Shown in pieces: positions 26,731 through 32,000 of a stretch of DNA of 32,000 nucleotides. Source of the stretch: Candidatus Saccharimonadota bacterium (GTDB lineage: Bacteria; Pseudomonadota; Gammaproteobacteria; Enterobacterales; Enterobacteriaceae). The first letter of the stretch is position 1. Every line of letters starts with the position of its first letter. A program made the position numbers and the translations under genes. The stretch spans positions 90,001 through 122,000 of the forward strand of contig NZ_AP018159.1 of NCBI RefSeq assembly GCF_004296535.1. The letters are read 5' to 3'. Under the pieces are notes generated by a model. That model saw only the letters and a list, made by a program, of their open reading frames with translations. It was not told where the DNA came from and made no database searches.

Positions 26731-27885
26731 TTATGTAAAATATTTAATAATAGGTATATTAAAATTTTCAATAAATTTAAATAATGTATAACTATCTATA
26801 TAATAAAAATATATTTTTTTTATATAATTAAATTTTTTTAAAGAAATAAAATTACTATATCCAACAATAATAGATTTTAAATTTTTATTTTTAGATATAT
26901 TATCTAAAATTAATTTTGTTCCATTAGAAAAATTAGATATTTCAAATATTCCAATAGATCCTATCCATAATAATATATCAATATTTTCTATATTATCAAT
27001 AATATTTTTTATATATTTGGATCCTAAATCTACAATTATATCATTACTATTTATATTATTTATTAATTTATTTTTACATATAGAATTTTTAGATATATTT
27101 ATAGAAGTTTTAACATCATTTGGCAAAATAATATTATTTAAATCTTCTAATGAATTATTTTTATTATTATTATCATTTATATCATAATCTATAATTGATT
27201 TACCTATTTTATAATTATTAAATAATAATAAATCATTAGCTATAACACCACCTATAAATATTTTATAAGATATAATAGAAATTTTTTTTATAAAAAGTAT
27301 TTTTTTATTTATATTACATCCTCCTATAATAGAAACTATTTTTCTATTTTGATTAAAAATTGTATATAAATTATTTGCTTTTTTATAAAAAGATAATCCA
27401 CAACATGAAATTTTTGCAAATTTTGCTACTCCATATGTTGATGAATGAAACATAAAAGAATAAGAAAAAGAGTCCATAACAAATATATCACATAAACTTG
27501 CATATTTTTTAGATAAATTTTCATTATTTTTTATTTCTCCATTATTAAACATAACATTTTCTAATAAATAAATTTCATTTTTTTTAACATTTATATTTTT
27601 TTTATATAAATAATTTTTTATTAAATTTATTTTTACTTTTAATTTTTTTTCTAAATATTTTTTTATTATTTCTAAAGAAAATAATGGAAAATATTTATTA
27701 TAATTATCTCCAAGATTAGAAAATATAATAATATACGCTTTATTAGACAAAGCATATTTAATTGTTTCTAATGAATCCAATATTTTAATGTCTGATAAAA
27801 TTTTATTATTTTTTATTGGAACATTAAAATCTGACCTTATAAGTAATATTTTGTTGTTTATTTTTATATCTTTTATACTCAACAT
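26731..27885 (-). CDS. pgk: Phosphoglycerate kinase homologue, with eroded substrate-binding motifs
   Basis: 384 aa and collinear with E. coli Pgk (LLIRSDFNVPIKNNKI, LLENVMFNNGE, LSKKYASLCDIFVMDSF, IGGVIAN). SHLGRP is replaced by SNLGDN, GTAHRA by SYSFMF, AGGGDT by VGYSNF, and STGGGAFLEF by YIDSYTLFKF. Confidence 0.8.
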   Translation of the reverse strand: MLSIKDIKINNKILLIRSDFNVPIKNNKILSDIKILDSLETIKYALSNKAYIIIFSNLGDNYNKYFPLFSLEIIKKYLEKKLKVKINLIKNYLYKKNINVKKNEIYLLENVMFNNGEIKNNENLSKKYASLCDIFVMDSFSYSFMFHSSTYGVAKFAKISCCGLSFYKKANNLYTIFNQNRKIVSIIGGCNINKKILFIKKISIISYKIFIGGVIANDLLLFNNYKIGKSIIDYDINDNNNKNNSLEDLNNIILPNDVKTSINISKNSICKNKLINNINSNDIIVDLGSKYIKNIIDNIENIDILLWIGSIGIFEISNFSNGTKLILDNISKNKNLKSIIVGYSNFISLKKFNYIKKIYFYYIDSYTLFKFIENFNIPIIKYFT

Positions 27886-27900
27886 ATTTTCCTATAAAAA

Positions 27901-28547
27901 TTAAAATTTATTTTTTTGTATATATATATAATAAATATTATTATTTTTTAATATACTTTTTTTTTCAAAATTTGTATTTATAAATATATTTTTATAACAA
28001 ATTATATTTTTTATAAAAAAATTTAATTTATCTAATAAATAATTAAAATTATCTAATATATACTCAAAATAATTTAATGAATCTGTTATTATATGTATAG
28101 TACCATTAAATTCTAATATTTTTAAAAGTTGTTTTATAAATATTTTATTTATTAATCTTCTTTTTTTATGTTTATTTTTATTCCATGGATCTGGAAAAAA
28201 TATTCTTATTTCATAAATAGAATTATTTTTTATATATTTAGAAATTATTTTTTTTGCATCACATTTTATTATTTTAATATTATTTATTTTATATAAATTA
28301 ATATTTTTAATAAAATTACCTATTCCAAATAAATAATTATCTATTCCTAAAAAGTTATTTTCTTTTTTATTAATAGAATCTTTTATCATATATGATCCAT
28401 TTCCAAAACCTATTTCTAATATAATTTTATTGTTTTTATTTAAAAAAAAATTATTTAAATTATTTTTTTTTTTATATTATTAATAGATATTTTTTGTATA
28501 AATTTTTTTATATAATATTTTTGAGATTTGGTAATTCTATTTCTCAT
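27901..28547 (-). pseudogene. trmB: tRNA (guanine46-N7)-methyltransferase, split by a -1 frameshift at an A11 tract; possibly rescued by slippage
   Basis: The downstream frame, open from 28476, contains the SAM motif ILEIGFGNGSY followed by FFPDPWNKNKHKKRRLI, but its first start codon (28389) lies after the SAM motif. An ATG at 28547 opens MRNRITKSQKYYIKKFIQKISINNIKKKII*, which corresponds to E. coli RQGRLTKGQ and stops at 28457..28455. The two frames meet in the homopolymer at 28463..28473. The gene is divergent from mltC, as trmB/mutY-yggX-mltC are in E. coli. Confidence 0.7.
28463..28473 (-). repeat. A11 homopolymer in mRNA sense (T11 on the + strand) at the trmB frame junction
   Basis: Read directly from the sequence: t x11 at 28463..28473. 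One extra A in the mRNA yields IKKKNNLNNFFLNKNNKIILEIGFG. Confidence 0.85.
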
Positions 28548-28718
28548 ATCATTTTAATTTAATTTGAAAAAACAAATTTGTATTTTATAGATTATTTATT
28601 TTTTTTATTAATAATATAGAATTATTTTATAATATTATTTAAAAAAAATTTTTTAATTGTAATAAAATATTTTCTACTATTTTACATTTTTTAAAATTTA
28701 TAAAATAAAAAGAATATT

Positions 28719-29783
28719 ATGTATAAAACTTTTATAATTGTTATAAATTTGATGTATATTACAATGAAAATATCAAATAGTATTAATAATTATAAATTAT
28801 ATTATACTAGTTTAATAAGTATAAATAAATTCAAAAAATATAATTATTATATATGGAAAGAATTTTCAATTGATGATGACTCTTTTGTTACATATAAAAA
28901 TAATTTTTTAATTAGAAATTATATTGATTTAAATAATAAAAATATAACAATAAATTGTATATGTAAAAATAAAAAAATAGCATTAAAAATTATTACAAAT
29001 GAAATAAAAAATATATTTTCATTAAAAAATATATTATATTATTTTTATAATAAAAAAATTAATATAGATAGATATATATATATTAAAAGTTTTTTATTAG
29101 ACTATTCAGATTATTTAGAAAATATTAAAAATAATTTAGAAAAATTTACTGAAATTCTATTAAGTAAAAAAATTTACTATATTAGAAGTAATGGTAAAAA
29201 TATGTATACGTTAAAAATTAATTTAATAAAAAATATAGATAATAAAAACGATTTAATAAATATTATTAAATTAATATCAAATAAATATAATATAGATTAT
29301 TTATTAATACTATCAATTATAAAAGCTGAATCTAATTTTAATAAATTTGCTATTAGTAAATATGGAGCTATTGGATTAATGCAAATAATAGAAAACAAAT
29401 CATGTGCAGATGTTTTAAAAGTATTTAATAAGAAAAAAAAAATAAGTGTAGAATGTTTATTTAATGAAAAAAATAATATAGATATGGGTGTTGCATATAT
29501 ATATATATTAAAGAATATTTATTTAAGTAAAATAAAAAATTTAATATCATTAAGATATTTAATAATATCTTCATATAATGGAGGCACTAATTCTATATTA
29601 AAAATTTTTTCTAATGATTTTAATGAATCAATAAATATAATAAACAATATGAGTAATGATGATGTATATAATTTTATTATAAATCATCATCCATCTGAAG
29701 AAACTAAAAAATATTTAAAAAAAGTTAATAGATTATATATTAATTATAAAAATTTAGAATTCAATAAAAAATTATGTATTTAA
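28719..29783 (+). CDS. mltC: Membrane-bound lytic murein transglycosylase C
   Basis: 354 aa against about 359 aa in E. coli. It has the SLT catalytic motif IIKAESNFNKFAISKYGAIGLMQI. The C-terminal SSYNGGTNSILKIFSND...IINNMSNDDVYNFIINHHPSEETKKYLKKVN is collinear with E. coli MltC (TAYNGGAGSVLRVFSNDK...[28 protein letters not shown]). Confidence 0.9.
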   Translation: MYKTFIIVINLMYITMKISNSINNYKLYYTSLISINKFKKYNYYIWKEFSIDDDSFVTYKNNFLIRNYIDLNNKNITINCICKNKKIALKIITNEIKNIFSLKNILYYFYNKKINIDRYIYIKSFLLDYSDYLENIKNNLEKFTEILLSKKIYYIRSNGKNMYTLKINLIKNIDNKNDLINIIKLISNKYNIDYLLILSIIKAESNFNKFAISKYGAIGLMQIIENKSCADVLKVFNKKKKISVECLFNEKNNIDMGVAYIYILKNIYLSKIKNLISLRYLIISSYNGGTNSILKIFSNDFNESINIINNMSNDDVYNFIINHHPSEETKKYLKKVNRLYINYKNLEFNKKLCI

Positions 29784-31669
29784 AAAAAAATATTAATAAA
29801 AATTTTTTTGATGTAATAGTTATAGGTGGAGGGCATTCTGGAGTAGAAGCTTCTAATGCGTCTTCTAAGATGGGATGTAAAACATTATTAATAACAAATA
29901 ATATTGATTCTATAGGACAAATGTCATGTAACCCTTCAATAGGAGGAATAGGTAAAAGTCATCTTGTTAAAGAAATAGATGCATTAGGCGGAATAATGTC
30001 AATGGCTATAGACAGATCTGGTATACAATTTAGAAAATTGAATACTAGTAAAGGATTAGCTGTTCAATCTACTAGAGCTCAAGCTGATAGATATATATAT
30101 AGTAGAGAAGTAAAAAAAATATTATTTAGTAACAAAAATTTATATGTATTTCAAGATAAAGTTATAAAGTTATTAATAAATAATAATAAAATAAATGGTA
30201 TATCTACTGTATTAGGGTTTAATTTTTTTTCTAAATCTGTTATTTTATGTTTAGGAACTTTTTTAAATGGATTTATATATATAGGAACAAAATTTAAATA
30301 TAAAGGTGGAAGATCTAATGATATATCATCTACATATTTATCTAATCAATTAAAAGAAATATTTCCATTTTCTATAAATAAGTTAAAAACAGGAACTCCA
30401 CCTAGATTAGATTTAAAAACTATAAATTTTAATAAGTTAAATTTTCAAAAAAGCGATTATCCTATACCAATGTTTTCTTTTATTAAACAAAATAATAATT
30501 TAAAAAAAATATATTGTTATATAACATATACAAATGAAAATACACATAATATAATATATAAAAATCTACATTATAGTCCAATGTATACAAATAAAATATG
30601 TAGTATAGGACCAAGATATTGCCCATCTATAGAAGATAAAATAATAAAATTTAAAGATAAAAAAAGTCATCATATATTTTTAGAACCTGAAAGCTTATTT
30701 AGTAATGAAATATATCCAAATGGAATATCTACTAGTTTACCTATAAATATTCAATTTAAAATAATAAAATCTATAAAGGGATTAGAAAAATGTAGAATAA
30801 CAAGACCAGGATATGCTGTAGAATATAATTTTTTAGACCCTAAAAATCTTTATTATACATTAGAAAGCAAAATTATATCTGGATTATTTATATCTGGGCA
30901 ATTAAACGGTACAACAGGATATGAAGAAGCTGCTTCTCAAGGAATTATATCTGGCATAAATGCTGCATTATTTTCTAAAAATATGGAATCTTGGTATCCA
31001 AAAAAAGAATATTCTTATATAGGATTAATGATAAAAGATTTATGTGATAATGGAGTTATTGAACCATATAGAATGTTTACATCTAGGTCTGAAAATAGAT
31101 TTTTTTTAAGAGAAGATAATGCTGATATGAGATTAACAAAATATGGGTATAATTTAGGTTTAATTAATGAGTTTAGATGGAAAATTTTTGTTAATAAAAA
31201 AAATAATATATTAAATGAAAAAAACAGACTAAAAAATTTAAATATAGATATAAAAAAAATTAATAATAAAATTAATAAAAAAATAAATATAGAAAAAAAA
31301 GAAATAAATGCATTTGAATTATTAAAATTAAATGAAATATCTTATAAAGATATATTAAATATAATAGATTACACTTATAATAAGAATAAAAATTATATTG
31401 AAGAAATTTATAAATTAATAGAAATAGATATAAAATATGAATATTTTATATTAAAACAAAAAAAAGAAGTTGATATAAAAAATAAATTTTTAAAAATGTT
31501 AATACCTAAAGATATAAATTATAACAATATATCTGGATTATCTAATGAATCAAAATATTTATTATATAAATACAGACCAAATAATATAGAAGATATATTA
31601 AAAATACCAAATATAACATCATCATCTATTTTTATATTAATTATTTGGATTAAAAATAATAGAAAATGA
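29774..31669 (+). CDS. mnmG: tRNA uridine 5-carboxymethylaminomethyl modification enzyme MnmG (GidA)
   Basis: It has the FAD motif DVIVIGGGHSGVEAS, plus SCNPSIGGIGKSHLVKEIDALGG, GPRYCPSIEDK and FISGQLNGTTGYEEAASQG. It is well conserved at 631 aa. Confidence 0.97.
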   Translation: MYLKKNINKNFFDVIVIGGGHSGVEASNASSKMGCKTLLITNNIDSIGQMSCNPSIGGIGKSHLVKEIDALGGIMSMAIDRSGIQFRKLNTSKGLAVQSTRAQADRYIYSREVKKILFSNKNLYVFQDKVIKLLINNNKINGISTVLGFNFFSKSVILCLGTFLNGFIYIGTKFKYKGGRSNDISSTYLSNQLKEIFPFSINKLKTGTPPRLDLKTINFNKLNFQKSDYPIPMFSFIKQNNNLKKIYCYITYTNENTHNIIYKNLHYSPMYTNKICSIGPRYCPSIEDKIIKFKDKKSHHIFLEPESLFSNEIYPNGISTSLPINIQFKIIKSIKGLEKCRITRPGYAVEYNFLDPKNLYYTLESKIISGLFISGQLNGTTGYEEAASQGIISGINAALFSKNMESWYPKKEYSYIGLMIKDLCDNGVIEPYRMFTSRSENRFFLREDNADMRLTKYGYNLGLINEFRWKIFVNKKNNILNEKNRLKNLNIDIKKINNKINKKINIEKKEINAFELLKLNEISYKDILNIIDYTYNKNKNYIEEIYKLIEIDIKYEYFILKQKKEVDIKNKFLKMLIPKDINYNNISGLSNESKYLLYKYRPNNIEDILKIPNITSSSIFILIIWIKNNRK

Positions 31670-32000
31670 AATTTATTTCTATAAAAAAAATTCATAGTTT
31701 TAGATTAAATTCTAAAGCTAAAAAAATAATAAAAATACATTCTGTTATAGATTTAATTAATATATATAATATGTTAATTATTAAAAAAATAAATTTTATA
31801 ATTATAGGGAATGGAACTAATACTATTTTTTTAAACAATTTTAATGGAATTATTATAATAAATAAAATATTAGGAATAAAAAATAAAAGTGATAAAATAA
31901 ATTGGAAATTACATATAAACTCTGGAGAAAATTGGAATAAAATAATTAAATATACTTTAAAAAATAAAATATTTGGATTAGAAAATCTTGCTATGATACC
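31666..32000 (+). CDS. murB: UDP-N-acetylenolpyruvoylglucosamine reductase, N-terminal part (3' end outside window)
   Basis: Hand translation from the ATG at 31666, which overlaps the mnmG stop as ATGA, gives MKFISIKKIHSFRLNSKAKKIIKIHSVIDLINIYN...FIIIGNGTNTIFLNNFNGIIIINKILGI...WKLHINSGENWNKIIKYTLKNKIFGLENLAMIP. This is collinear with the E. coli MurB N-terminus (LILGEGSNVLF...[31 protein letters not shown]). The frame stays open to the window end. Confidence 0.88.
   Translation, partial: MKFISIKKIHSFRLNSKAKKIIKIHSVIDLINIYNMLIIKKINFIIIGNGTNTIFLNNFNGIIIINKILGIKNKSDKINWKLHINSGENWNKIIKYTLKNKIFGLENLAMI

Noticed and set aside
27901-28389. The 162-aa ORF-track call taken as the complete trmB.
   Set aside because: The conserved SAM-binding EIGFG motif and the N-terminal RLTKGQ-like segment lie upstream of this start, the former in the same frame and the latter in a shifted frame. 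A protein starting at 28389 would lack the cofactor site.
29700-29800. A replication origin next to mnmG (gidA), as in E. coli.
   Set aside because: There is no intergenic DNA upstream of mnmG because mltC overlaps it by 10 nt. I saw no TTATCCACA-like DnaA boxes here or in the other spacers.
31660-31672. Possible UGA-to-Trp recoding, as in some tiny symbiont genomes.
   Set aside because: Trp positions in conserved motifs, such as DVWFDSG in ileS and FPDPW in trmB, use TGG. TGA terminates mnmG at the expected C-terminus. The standard code fits all the genes.
1-32000. CRISPR arrays, IS elements or transposases, integrases, prophage genes, toxin-antitoxin or restriction-modification modules, or any novel multi-gene accessory system.
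   Set aside because: Every ORF above about 60 codons is accounted for by a conserved housekeeping orthologue in ancestral micro-synteny. The spacers are short and show no direct or inverted repeat architecture that I could recognise by eye. A computational repeat search (self dot-plot, minced/CRISPRCasFinder) would be needed to exclude subtle repeats in such low-complexity DNA.

Overview
This is a gene-dense, extremely AT-rich chromosome segment. Proteins are dominated by K/N/I/Y/F, and the only GC-rich islands are tRNA genes. It looks like a genome-reduced Enterobacterales-type obligate endosymbiont (Buchnera/Wigglesworthia/Blochmannia-like); I cannot name the organism from sequence alone. 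The genetic code appears standard: TGG encodes Trp and TGA is used as the mnmG stop.

I can support 28 protein-coding genes, all housekeeping: ileS (5' partial), rsmA, surA, pmbA, ptsI, ptsH, ligA, gltX, a PAP2 phosphatase, lon, dnaQ, rnhA, argS, murJ, mnmA, hinT, holB, acpP, rpmF, rluC, rne, asnS, rpiA, pgk, trmB, mltC, mnmG and murB (3' partial). There are also 7 tRNA genes (Lys, Val, Pro, His, Asn, Asp, Ser). The order is a mosaic of collapsed E. coli micro-synteny blocks.

I found no mobile elements, CRISPR arrays, defence loci, toxin-antitoxin pairs or any novel multi-gene system, and I will not invent one. The observations worth following up are:
- Two genes (trmB and a PAP2 phosphatase) are split exactly at long homopolymer tracts (A11 and T10 in mRNA sense). 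They are candidates for rescue by transcriptional slippage, or are assembly errors or fresh pseudogenes.
- A ribosomal protein gene (rpmF) is missing from the ORF track.
- pgk and rpiA are full-length ORFs whose catalytic motifs appear eroded.
- rne and ligA have lost domains.
- lspA is absent downstream of ileS, and MltC has no lipobox cysteine.
- No tRNA encodes its 3' CCA.
- Packing is extreme, with overlapping convergent stop codons and newly fused operon junctions.
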